Part shown: in pieces, positions 27,805-36,224 of the stretch
Layout: every line of letters begins with the position of its first letter
Position numbering within the stretch: the stretch's first letter is position 1
NCBI GenBank assembly: GCA_964526655.1
Contig: CAZGIZ010000002.1
Coordinates: forward strand, 3,291 to 67,290
Direction: 5' to 3'
Length of the DNA stretch: 64,000 nt
From: an uncultured Desulfobacteraceae bacterium
GTDB taxonomy: Bacteria; Desulfobacterota; DSM-4660; Desulfatiglandales; HGW-15
Translations under genes and position numbers: made by a program
Notes under the pieces: generated by a model
The model's database searches: none
The model's input: the letters and a program-made list of their open reading frames with translations, nothing else
Told to the model about the DNA's origin: nothing

Positions 27805-29385
27805 TCATTCAAGGCAGGCCTTAACAAAGCCGTAGAAGAGAGGCGCCGGGTGTTCCATTCGGGATTTCAATTCCGGGTGGGCCTGGGTGGCTACAAAGTA
27901 TTTGAGATTGGGTAATTCAATGAATTCCACCAGCCTGCCATCAGGGGAGCAGCCGGAAAAAACCATCCCGTTTTTGGCGATTATCTCATGATACTCAGGG
28001 TTCACCTCGTATCTGTGCCGGTGTCTCTCAGAGGCCTCGCCCGTACCGTAAAGAGCCCTGACTAGGGTCCCTTCCTTAAGAAGGGCCGGGTAGGCGCCGA
28101 GTCTCATTGTCCCGCCCATCTCCTTTATCCCCTTCTGCTCGGGGAGTATGTCGATAACCGGATGAGGCGTTTCAGGATCCATCTCGGTCGAGTTCGCCCC
28201 TTCAAGGTGACAGACGTTCCGAGAGAATTCGATTACGGCCATGTGAAGGCCCAGGCAGAGGCCCAAAAAAGGAATATCACGCTCCCTTGCCTGCCGAATC
28301 GCCTCTATCTTGCCCTCAGTACCCCTTGATCCGAAGCCTCCGGGGACCACTATGCCGTTCACACCATCCAAAAAGGAGGTGTCGCAGAGATCAGTAGTCT
28401 CGACCCATTTCAGTTCTATCCGGCATCCAAAATGGGCCGAGCAGTGATTAAAGGACTCAATAATGGAGGCGTAGGAATCCTCCAGCTTGGTATATTTGCC
28501 GCACATGGCGACAACAATCTCTTTTTCCGGATTTCTGAGATTATGAATGAGCTGTTTCCATTTTCTTAGGTCCGGGGGGCTGTAGATACTCAATTTCTTA
28601 TGCAGGATTCCCGGAAGGCCCTCCTCCTCAAAGACAAGGGGAATTTCGTAGATATCATCCACATCGAGACCGGTAATTACAGCCTCCGGTTCAACATCGC
28701 AAAAACTTGAGATCTTCGCCTTGATTTCTTTTGTCAGATACTCGGAGCATCTGCCAATTATAATATCAGGGAAAATACCCCTCTGTTTCAGGAGGTCAAC
28801 GCTCTGCTGGGTTGGTTTGGATTTTTGCTCGTTTACTCCGTAGGGAATGGGTACATAGGTGAGATGCACGTAACAGGTATTCTCTCTTCCTGCATCCGCC
28901 TTCATCTGTCTCATGGCCTCAAGAAACAGCTCGTTCTCTATATCACCAACAGTCCCCCCGATCTCTATGATGACAAGATCGGCCGATTCTTCGCTCGCGA
29001 CATTAAAAATATGATCCTTTATTACATCGGTAACGTGCGGGATATATTGAACGGTTTTTCCAAGATAATCGCCCTTTCTCTCCTTCTGCCTGACCATGTC
29101 GAATACCTTTCCCATGGTCAGATTCCATTTTGATTTGCAGGTGACACCCAAAAAACGTTCGTAATGCCCGAAATCCATATCCACTTCACCGCCGTCATCA
29201 AGCACAAAGACCTCTCCATGCTCATAGGGATTCATGGTCCCGGGATCCACATTGAGATATCCGTCGCATTTTATGGGGACGATTTTGAGCCTGGAGGATA
29301 GGAGATGACCTATCGAGGCAGCAGCAATGCCTTTACCGAGACCGGAAAGGACTCCCCCTGTGACGATTATAAATTTTGTAGGCAT
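27805..29385 (-). CDS. pyrG: CTP synthase
   Basis: TKFIIVTGGVLSGLGKG N-terminus and glutamine amidotransferase GLCLGLH. 526 aa. Confidence 0.95.
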   Translation of the reverse strand: MPTKFIIVTGGVLSGLGKGIAAASIGHLLSSRLKIVPIKCDGYLNVDPGTMNPYEHGEVFVLDDGGEVDMDFGHYERFLGVTCKSKWNLTMGKVFDMVRQKERKGDYLGKTVQYIPHVTDVIKDHIFNVASEESADLVIIEIGGTVGDIENELFLEAMRQMKADAGRENTCYVHLTYVPIPYGVNEQKSKPTQQSVDLLKQRGIFPDIIIGRCSEYLTKEIKAKISSFCDVEPEAVITGLDVDDIYEIPLVFEEEGLPGILHKKLSIYSPPDLRKWKQLIHNLRNPEKEIVVAMCGKYTKLEDSYASIIESFNHCSAHFGCRIELKWVETTDLCDTSFLDGVNGIVVPGGFGSRGTEGKIEAIRQARERDIPFLGLCLGLHMAVIEFSRNVCHLEGANSTEMDPETPHPVIDILPEQKGIKEMGGTMRLGAYPALLKEGTLVRALYGTGEASERHRHRYEVNPEYHEIIAKNGMVFSGCSPDGRLVEFIELPNLKYFVATQAHPELKSRMEHPAPLFYGFVKACLE

Positions 29386-29510
29386 GTTAATGGCGTCTAA
29401 AATTTTCGAAATTTCTTAAAATCAGGGGCATCTGGAAATGTCAGGATCTCCTTTAAATGATCAGAGGATTCCAGCTGTCATGGAGCCCATAGGGCCAAGA
29501 TATTGTCAGA

Positions 29511-29539
29511 AAATTATCCATATTAGCCTCTTTAGTCAA
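29511..29539 (-). promoter_or_regulatory. sigma70-type promoter candidate for pyrG
   Basis: Minus strand TTGACT (29539-29534), 17 nt, TAATTT (29516-29511). Confidence 0.3.
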
Positions 29540-29710
29540 GGCAAAAAGTCCGGGGATCTCAATTAGGGAGTCATGTTGAATTGTTGAAAAGTGATTTATC
29601 CTCGTAAAATAGCAGAAAATTTTGGAAATGAAAATTGTCAAAAAAAATCGCATTTACTACAACATATATTATTTTTTCTCCCATTTAATACAATATATTG
29701 TAGTTTTTTA

Positions 29711-29739
29711 TTGACATATGTGTCCACAGGAATTAATAT
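29711..29739 (+). promoter_or_regulatory. sigma70-type promoter candidate for the REC-der unit
   Basis: TTGACA (29711-29716), 17 nt, TAATAT (29734-29739). Confidence 0.45.
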
Positions 29740-29784
29740 CTTCCCAAAGAAATCACACTAAAACATGATGCTATGGGGGGAAGC

Positions 29785-30159
29785 ATGCAGAAGAAGGTCC
29801 TTGTTGTGGATGACGAAATATCCCTTTCTGAACTTATCATGGAATCGCTCCACATGGCAGGCGATTATAGTGTGGAGAGGGCCTTTAACGGACAGGAGGC
29901 CCTTGAAAAGTATAAATCTTTCCAGCCGGACATCGTGTTAATGGATGTTGAGATGCCTGTTATGGATGGTTATGAGTCATCATCCAAGATCAAATCCTTT
30001 GACCCGAACGCCAGGATATTAGTGTTGACGGGAAACGCGACCGATTGCAGGGCCCGCAGGACCATCGAAGAAGGCATAGCCCTGATTCTCCTCCAGAAGC
30101 CGGTGAGATTAATGGATCTGAACCGCACCATCAATGAAAATCTGCCGGCTTGCGCCTGA
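29785..30159 (+). CDS. single-domain response regulator (CheY-like receiver)
   Basis: KKVLVVDDE, DIVLMDVEMPVMDG and LTG. No output domain. Confidence 0.85.
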   Translation: MQKKVLVVDDEISLSELIMESLHMAGDYSVERAFNGQEALEKYKSFQPDIVLMDVEMPVMDGYESSSKIKSFDPNARILVLTGNATDCRARRTIEEGIALILLQKPVRLMDLNRTINENLPACA

Positions 30160-30191
30160 ATATAAATCTCCCTTATAATATATCTCCGGTC

Positions 30192-31520
30192 ATGACCCCT
30201 GTATTAGCCATAGTGGGCCGGCCCAACGTGGGCAAATCGACCCTTTTTAACCGCCTCTCAAGGTCAAGGGATTCCCTTGTAGACGACCAGCCCGGCGTTA
30301 CAAGGGACCGTCTTTATGCGCCGGCCATGTGGGGAGATACTCCCTTTATCGTTATCGATACAGGCGGCTTTGATGATCAAGGCGAGGACATGCTGGTGGA
30401 CCAGGTCAGGGAACAGGTGGCAAAGGCGATCAAAGAGGCCGACCGGATCCTTTTCCTGATGGACGGTCACGAGGGCCTTATGCCGGGTGATGAGGAGATT
30501 GCTGATATCCTGCGGAGGGTTGATAAGAGGGTTTTTTCGGTTGTCAACAAGGTCGACGGGCCTGAGCAGGAGCACCTCGTACATGATTTTTACAGGCTTG
30601 GGGTGGAAAAGATCTACCCCATCTCAGCGGCTCATGGCTATGGTCTGAAGATTCTTATGGAGGATGTCACCGCGGACCTGCCTGGGCCGGAGCCGGCAGT
30701 TGAAAGGGAAGGAGTCCATCGTGTCAGGGTTGCCGTACTTGGGAGGCCCAATGCGGGCAAATCCTCTCTGATAAACAGGATCCTGGGGTCTGAGAGGTTG
30801 CTGGTCAGCGAGTTACCGGGAACCACGCGTGATTCCATTGACATCCTTTTTCCCTGGAAGGGCAAGGAATATCTCTTTATAGACACCGCGGGCATAAGGA
30901 GGAAGAGCAGGGTAAAGGAGAGGATAGAAAAATTTTCCATGATTAAGGCCCTCAGGAGTCTGGACAGGTGTCATATAGCAGTTATTCTTCTTGACGCCGG
31001 AGCCGGAGTCGCGGAACAGGACGCGCGGATCTGCGGGTATGCCCTTGATCGAGGCCGGGGCATTGTCCTGGCCGTCAATAAATGGGACCTTGTAAAGGGG
31101 GAACCCGATAGAAAGAGATACCTGGATGAATCCATTAAACGTCAATTCAGATTCGTTTCTTTTGCCCCCAGGATAAACCTCTCAGCCCTCACGGGCGAAA
31201 GAGTGAAAAAACTTATTGAGAAGATTGAGCTGGTCCAGGTGCAATTTTCTTCGAGGGTCAGCACAAGCAGTGTCAATAAGGCCCTTGAAGAAATAATTAA
31301 CAATAGACCTCCACCAAAGATCGGTGGGTCCAGGCTGAAGTTCCTCTATGCTACACAGACGGGTACAAATCCACCTAACTTCGTCATTTTTGTGAACAGG
31401 CCGGAGATTGTCCAGGTCCCCTACAGGCGTTATATTATTAATCAATTCAGGGAACGTCTTGATCTCAGGAATACACCCATAAGACTAATTTTCAGAAAAA
31501 GGAGGGGCGATCAGAAATAG
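30192..31520 (+). CDS. der: ribosome-associated GTPase Der (EngA)
   Basis: Two tandem G domains (GRPNVGKST / GRPNAGKSS, DTGG / DTAG, NKVD / NKWD) plus a KH-like C-terminus. Confidence 0.95.
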   Translation: MTPVLAIVGRPNVGKSTLFNRLSRSRDSLVDDQPGVTRDRLYAPAMWGDTPFIVIDTGGFDDQGEDMLVDQVREQVAKAIKEADRILFLMDGHEGLMPGDEEIADILRRVDKRVFSVVNKVDGPEQEHLVHDFYRLGVEKIYPISAAHGYGLKILMEDVTADLPGPEPAVEREGVHRVRVAVLGRPNAGKSSLINRILGSERLLVSELPGTTRDSIDILFPWKGKEYLFIDTAGIRRKSRVKERIEKFSMIKALRSLDRCHIAVILLDAGAGVAEQDARICGYALDRGRGIVLAVNKWDLVKGEPDRKRYLDESIKRQFRFVSFAPRINLSALTGERVKKLIEKIELVQVQFSSRVSTSSVNKALEEIINNRPPPKIGGSRLKFLYATQTGTNPPNFVIFVNRPEIVQVPYRRYIINQFRERLDLRNTPIRLIFRKRRGDQK

Positions 31521-32251
31521 GTCTTGTTTTTAAAAATCATCTCCACACGGCGGTTGTTGGCCCTTCCTGAAGGACTGTCATTGGGGTGGGCGGGGTGATT
31601 CTCTCCATACCCCGCGAGGGCCAGGGCCTCAGGCGGCACTCCCTCCTTATTTACCAGGTAGTCCATGATATTATAGGCCCTCGCAAGGGACAGCTCCTCA
31701 TTGTCGGAATAGGGGCCGCCATAGACAGGGACATTGTCCGTGTGTCCGTCTATATAGACCTGAAAAGATGAGGCATTGATAAAGCGGCCGATCTGTTCCA
31801 GGACAGGTTCCATCTCCTCTTTTATTTCAGCCCTGCCCGATTCAAACAGGAGTTTATGCCCGAAGACCAGTTTGAAACCGTCTTCAAGATCCTCCAGAAT
31901 GACCTGGCCGCCGCTCTCCTCAAGGAATGTCTCATCCACCTCGGAAGGTATTTCAGCCTGATCATCTATCCTTTTAATGACAAGTGTGTCCTTTAGTTTC
32001 TGATATATCCCTTCTATCAGGATCTCTTTTGGCCTGTAGATCTCCCCGTATTCCTTAAAATTGAGTATCCCGCAGGCGCTGGTAAAGTTGGTAAAAAGGC
32101 TCTTTAAGGTCTTGTCATCCATGGAAGCCATGGACAGCAACAGGACAAAGAATGTGAGGAGGAGGGTTGCGAGGTCGGAAAAGGTTATCATCCAGGAGGG
32201 GATCCCTTCCTGTTTTTCATCTCTCTGACTCACCGTCCGGTTATTATCCAT
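31511..32251 (-). CDS. MotB-like / OmpA-family peptidoglycan-binding protein (paralog 2)
   Basis: N-terminal TM segment with conserved Asp (WMITFSDLATLLLTFFVLLL). C-terminal OmpA-like domain (GHTDN...NRRVEM). Confidence 0.8.
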   Translation of the reverse strand: MDNNRTVSQRDEKQEGIPSWMITFSDLATLLLTFFVLLLSMASMDDKTLKSLFTNFTSACGILNFKEYGEIYRPKEILIEGIYQKLKDTLVIKRIDDQAEIPSEVDETFLEESGGQVILEDLEDGFKLVFGHKLLFESGRAEIKEEMEPVLEQIGRFINASSFQVYIDGHTDNVPVYGGPYSDNEELSLARAYNIMDYLVNKEGVPPEALALAGYGENHPAHPNDSPSGRANNRRVEMIFKNKTYF

Positions 32252-33035
32252 CTATCTTCCCGCCGTACCTGAAAAAAAAGCCATTAAAGTCCAGTACCGA
32301 GTCAGGCCTTTCCGGCTTCTTATATCGATGGGGAATTTCCTCTCTGTAATCCAGTATGATCTCCACCTGGCGGTTAATAGGATGCCTTTTACCGGTATTC
32401 TTTCCTCCCTCGGGATTCAAGCCAAATCCATGGGCCACAATGACCTTGCCGGAAATGCCGCTTTTTTCCTTTAAAAAATCGAAGACAGCCATGGCTCGTT
32501 TAGAGGAGAGGTACATGGAATATTTCAACCTGTCGGTCTGAAAAGCGATTTCAGTGGAGTCGGTGTATCCCCGAAGTTCTATGAGCCTCGGGGTTCCCCT
32601 TATGACATCGGCCAGGTCGTAGAGGAACTTCATGCTTTCCGGATTAATCTGATCCGAACCCTGGGCAAAGAGCACCCTGTTTTTAAAGGTAATGACTATT
32701 CGTTCGAGCTGTTTGGACATATCAATGTCGGATTTCACGCCGTTCCTGAGGGCGACATTTCGCAGTCTCTCGAATTGGATATCCTCCTCAACGAGAGGGG
32801 CGGAACCCGCGGTTATATTCAATCCTTTTTCTTTTCCGAGAATAGAATGGGCACCAGGTTTAAAACCAAAGGCACCCACAAGTGAATTTACGGCGAGCCG
32901 TTTTCTCCTCTTATCAACCGTGGAAAGGCTCAAGAGGAGGACAAAAAAGGTCAGGAGCAGGATCATAAGATCCGTGTATGTGGCCATCCACGAATTGGAA
33001 TCCTGTTTAAAGCTCTTTTTTCTATTTGCTGCCAA
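32244..33035 (-). CDS. MotB-like / OmpA-family peptidoglycan-binding protein (paralog 1)
   Basis: WMATYTDLMILLLTFFVLLL TM segment with Asp. C-terminal OmpA-like domain (GYTDS...NRQVEI). 8-nt overlap with paralog 2. Confidence 0.8.
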   Translation of the reverse strand: MAANRKKSFKQDSNSWMATYTDLMILLLTFFVLLLSLSTVDKRRKRLAVNSLVGAFGFKPGAHSILGKEKGLNITAGSAPLVEEDIQFERLRNVALRNGVKSDIDMSKQLERIVITFKNRVLFAQGSDQINPESMKFLYDLADVIRGTPRLIELRGYTDSTEIAFQTDRLKYSMYLSSKRAMAVFDFLKEKSGISGKVIVAHGFGLNPEGGKNTGKRHPINRQVEIILDYREEIPHRYKKPERPDSVLDFNGFFFRYGGKIDG

Positions 33036-33368
33036 CTCCCTCCCTTTCCTTCAAATCCTAAATAGTCAAAAAATTGACCCTGACGTCAAAAAAGTCTTCT
33101 CATACCCATACAGCATCAGTTTGTTCAGATGCCCGGACCTGTCCTGATGGGGTGTGTCAAAGAGACCGCTTTCCCGGATTTGGTCTCTTACCTCCCGTGG
33201 ATACACAGAATTCTTGATGGGTAATTAATTTCTTGAGATCAACAGGCGGATCAGATTTTCGTTTGTAAAAAAAGCAAATCCTGTGCCAACAGAATATCAG
33301 TTATTGATGTTAATTCTTGCCATCGTGTCCGGAAATAGCATGGAAATAGATATACCAAGGCAGGCACT

Positions 33369-33516
33369 GTTATCTCTTCAAGGTGATATAATAAAAGTAG
33401 GCGCAAGGCGTAAGGCACAAGGCTAAAGGTTCCTCAAAAATAAAGCTTAGGGAGTTCATTGTTTCTCCCTGTGCCCTACGCCCTTAGCCCTCGGCTAATA
33501 TCACCTTGAAGAGATA
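33369..33516. repeat. 148-nt long-hairpin element: perfect 20-bp terminal inverted repeat enclosing complementary 7-nt oligo-repeat arms
   Basis: TTATCTCTTCAAGGTGATAT (33369-33388) is the exact reverse complement of 33497-33516. Inner arms CGTAAGGCACAAGG (33408-33421) and CCCTGTGCCCTACG (33466-33479) pair 12/14 on the + strand. Both mismatches are A-C, which becomes G-U on the minus strand. Confidence 0.85.
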
Positions 33517-33539
33517 ATATTGCCGGAACAATACGCCGC

Positions 33540-33683
33540 CGCTTGCCAAAGTCTTGTACGGCGGACAGGCAAGGAGGAGCGATCGCTTGCCCGCCGGCGG
33601 GAAGGCAATCCACCAGAGGCGGATAAACGCAGCTCCTTAGATCCCGGCTTGACGGGGAGATGACACCTTGATGGTGGATCAGG
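33540..33683 (-). repeat. Diverged/partial copy B of the 134-nt repeat
   Basis: 33632-33683 matches the promoter-proximal 52 nt of copy A at 51/52. The distal part is only architecturally similar (GCAAGGAG, CCCGCCGGCGGG hairpin). It ends 15 nt before TTGACA (33699-33704). Confidence 0.75.
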
Positions 33684-33738
33684 GAGGCCCATCGCTGCTT
33701 GACAAATCATATCCCATCTGTTTGAGTTCAAATCACTA

Positions 33739-33767
33739 TTTGACGTTATCATGTTATTTCGTCATAA
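33739..33767 (+). promoter_or_regulatory. sigma70-type promoter candidate for the 33822-36149 gene string
   Basis: TTGACG (33739-33744), 17 nt, CATAAT (33762-33767). Confidence 0.4.
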
Positions 33768-33821
33768 TGTTGACACTTATAAAGAAGACCAAAATATCGG
33801 AATATTCTTTAAGGAGGAAAT

Positions 33822-34190
33822 ATGAGAATCAGGATTAGTATAGGCGGCCTTTCCCTTGAAGGAGAGCTCTATGACACCCCCACAGCCCGAAAGGTAGCGG
33901 AGGCCCTTCCCATAAGGACGGATTTCAATACCTGGGGCGAAGAGATATATTTTCCCATTCCAGTGGAAGCGGAGCTGGATGACGGCGCCAGGGAGGAGGT
34001 GGAGCCTGGAGACCTGGGCTACTGGCCGACCGGAAGGGCATTCTGCATCTTTTTTGGAGAGACCCCCATGAGCACACCCGGAAAAATCATCCCCGCGAGT
34101 GCGGTAAATATTATAGGAAAGGTCTTGGCAGATGTGGAGGAGCTCAAGGATGTGATGGGCGAGAAGGAGATTTTTCTGGAGGCCGTCTGA
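33822..34190 (+). CDS. cyclophilin-like superfamily protein (small beta-barrel, uncharacterised)
   Basis: 122 aa. The pattern G.LYDTPTA..V...LP.....NTWGEEIYF......GDLGYWP.G.AFCIFFG is typical of the cyclophilin-like DUF family. AGGAGG RBS. Confidence 0.6.
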   Translation: MRIRISIGGLSLEGELYDTPTARKVAEALPIRTDFNTWGEEIYFPIPVEAELDDGAREEVEPGDLGYWPTGRAFCIFFGETPMSTPGKIIPASAVNIIGKVLADVEELKDVMGEKEIFLEAV

Positions 34191-34208
34191 GTGTTGGGAA
34201 AAGCGGGC

Positions 34209-35138
34209 ATGAAAAGATTCCGTGATTACAACAGCTACCTGAGAGAGACCTTCGGGGAGCGTGTACAGAAGATACCCCTGGATGCGGGATTTAGCTGCCC
34301 GAACAGGGACGGGACTATCTCGGAAAAGGGATGCCTCTTCTGTGACTCGAAAGGCTCGGGAACCGGCGCCATGAAAGACCGCGGCCTCTCAATCGATGAA
34401 CAGCTTTCAGAAGGTCGCAGGTTCGCACAGAAACGCTATGGCGCCAGGAAGTTCATCGCATACTTTCAGTCATATACCAATACATACGCACCGGTCCCGC
34501 TGCTCAGGGACCTCTACGCCAGGGCCCTGGCCCATGAAAATATGGTGGGTCTTGCCGTGGGCACGAGACCTGACTGCGTGGACCGGGATGTCCTGGAGCT
34601 TTTCCGCTCATTCGCGAAGGATTACCTCGTGTGGATCGAGCTCGGTCTTCAATCAGCGCATGATGTTACCCTTTCAAGAATAAACCGTGGTCACGATGTG
34701 GCCTGTTTTGAAAGATGCGTGTTAATGGCAGGGGAGCATGGCCTGAACATCTGCGCCCATGTCATACTCGGATTGCCTGGAGAGACGCGGGAGATGATGA
34801 TGGACACTGCCCGCTTCATAGCCGGTCTCCCCGTAAAGGGGGTAAAGATCCACCTGCTCTATGTGTCGAGGGACGCGCCCATTGCCGCCCTCTATCATAG
34901 GGGGGAATACCATTGCCTTGAAAGGGAAGAATATGTGGAGAGGGTCGTGGATTTTCTTGAACTGCTCCCTCCGGATGTTGTAATACAGAGATTGACCGGA
35001 GATCCTTTCCGGTCTGATCTTGTGGCCCCCCTGTGGGCGGGGGATAAATCAGGAAACCTGAGACTGATCCACAGGAGGTTGGAAGAGAGGGATACATGGC
35101 AGGGGAAAAGGTACCGGAGGTCTACTGCTGGAAGGTAG
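34209..35138 (+). CDS. radical SAM protein, TIGR01212 (YhcC-like) family
   Basis: FSCPNRDGT....GCLFCD cluster motif and YFQSYTNTYA. About 310 aa. Confidence 0.8.
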   Translation: MKRFRDYNSYLRETFGERVQKIPLDAGFSCPNRDGTISEKGCLFCDSKGSGTGAMKDRGLSIDEQLSEGRRFAQKRYGARKFIAYFQSYTNTYAPVPLLRDLYARALAHENMVGLAVGTRPDCVDRDVLELFRSFAKDYLVWIELGLQSAHDVTLSRINRGHDVACFERCVLMAGEHGLNICAHVILGLPGETREMMMDTARFIAGLPVKGVKIHLLYVSRDAPIAALYHRGEYHCLEREEYVERVVDFLELLPPDVVIQRLTGDPFRSDLVAPLWAGDKSGNLRLIHRRLEERDTWQGKRYRRSTAGR

Positions 35139-35617
35139 AATCGGATGAGCTTGACATCTTCATGGCCTCTTCAGGAATGGGCGCCATGCGGATAGGAATG
35201 GAGCTCAATAAAGGAACCGACTGTCTTGATTTTTTTTACGGCATATTTCCAGGGAACCGGTTAATCAAAGACGAGCCTATGAATCGTTATCTCCTGGATG
35301 CAGTAAAGGCGGTATTGGGGGGCGGTCCCGTTCCGGAGGATCTCCCACTTGATATCAAATCCACCCCTTTTCAGGGGATGGTATGGAAGGCCATCGCCCG
35401 CATCCCCTTTGGGCAAAAGAGGACCTACGGGGAGGTGGCTACCATAATAGGCAGGCCTGGAGGGGCAAGGGCAGTGGGACAGGCCATGAACAAGAATCCC
35501 CTCCCGCTCATCTACCCTTGACACAGGGTAGTGGCCGCCGGGGGTCTCGGCGGTTTCAGGGGAGGACTTGCCCTGAAGAAATATCTCCTTGAGAGGGAAG
35601 GGGTGGAGATTTTATAG
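35096..35617 (+). CDS. ogt: methylated-DNA--protein-cysteine methyltransferase (Ogt/MGMT) with in-frame TGA (35519-35521) at the active-site Cys position; candidate selenoprotein
   Basis: TPFQ..VW..I..IPFG..RTYGEVA...G.P.AARAVG.A...NPLPLIYP-[TGA]-HRVVAAGGLGGFRGGLALKKYLLEREG matches the canonical ...NP.P...PCHRVV...G.LGGY.GG...K..LL..EG. The frame stays open to the TAG at 35615-35617, just before the next gene's RBS and ATG. Confidence 0.7.
35534..35554 (+). promoter_or_regulatory. SECIS-like stem-loop downstream of the ogt TGA
   Basis: The 7-bp stem GCCGCCG/CGGCGGU (one G-U) starts 12 nt after the UGA. The 7-nt loop GGGGUCU contains GGUC, as in the E. coli fdhF SECIS apical loop. Confidence 0.55.
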
Positions 35618-35627
35618 GGAGGACATT

Positions 35628-36149
35628 ATGGAACTCACAGGCAAAAATGTTATTATCCTGGTTGAGCAGAGCTTTAACGACCACGAATTCTGGTATCCCT
35701 ATTACAGGCTGAAGGAGGCCGGGGCCCGGGTAGTGGTTGTAGGCTCGGGCACCGCCACTAAATACGTTGGAAAGTCAGGTACGGAGGCCTTTGTGGACGC
35801 TGCCGCCGGAGATATTTCCTCCTCCGAATTTGACGGAATAATAATCCCTGGAGGATACGCGCCGGACCATATGCGGCGCTATAAAGAGATGGTCGGATTG
35901 GTGAAGGAGCTCTATGAGGCGGGAAAGGTCGTTGCAGCCATATGTCACGCGGGCTGGATGCTGGCATCTGCGGATATCCTAAAGGGCCGCACGGTTACAT
36001 CCTTTTTTGCCATAAAGGACGACCTGGTTCATGCCGGCGCCAATTGGGTGGATCAGGAGGTGGTTGAAGACGGTCACCTGATAACCAGCAGGAAACCGGA
36101 AGATCTGCCCGCCTTCATGAGGAGTTTTATTAAGAAATTGGCCGGATAG
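35628..36149 (+). CDS. DJ-1/PfpI family protein (class I glutamine amidotransferase-like)
   Basis: IIPGG..P and nucleophile elbow AAICHAG. The start is placed at MELTGKNV, preceded by AGGGAGG. Confidence 0.85.
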   Translation: MELTGKNVIILVEQSFNDHEFWYPYYRLKEAGARVVVVGSGTATKYVGKSGTEAFVDAAAGDISSSEFDGIIIPGGYAPDHMRRYKEMVGLVKELYEAGKVVAAICHAGWMLASADILKGRTVTSFFAIKDDLVHAGANWVDQEVVEDGHLITSRKPEDLPAFMRSFIKKLAG

Positions 36150-36224
36150 TAGTTAGATATTAGCAAAATAGAATTGTTGCGGGAAGACCTTGGATTTCCG
36201 GAGGGGTTATCGGCAGTTAAAGGC

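Noticed and set aside
33036-33368. Possible degraded motA-like gene upstream of the MotB-like pair
   Set aside because: No minus-strand ORF of 60 aa or more is reported there, and I could not recognise MotA-like TM segments in any frame by eye. This remains an open possibility under the MotB finding, not a feature.
33399-33493. 7-nt tandem units (NNNAAGG / CCCTNNN) as a possible CRISPR or microsatellite array
   Set aside because: The units are 7 nt with no spacers. There are only about 4 copies per arm, and the two arms are mutually complementary inside a 20-bp inverted repeat. This is a hairpin element, not a CRISPR array.
35096-35521. Reading the ogt locus as a plain nonsense-mutated pseudogene
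   Set aside because: I kept this as the alternative hypothesis but ranked it lower. The stop is specifically TGA at the catalytic Cys codon. The downstream 31 codons retain the family consensus and stay in frame up to a tidy stop before the next RBS. A SECIS-like hairpin sits at the expected distance. It cannot be excluded without genome context.
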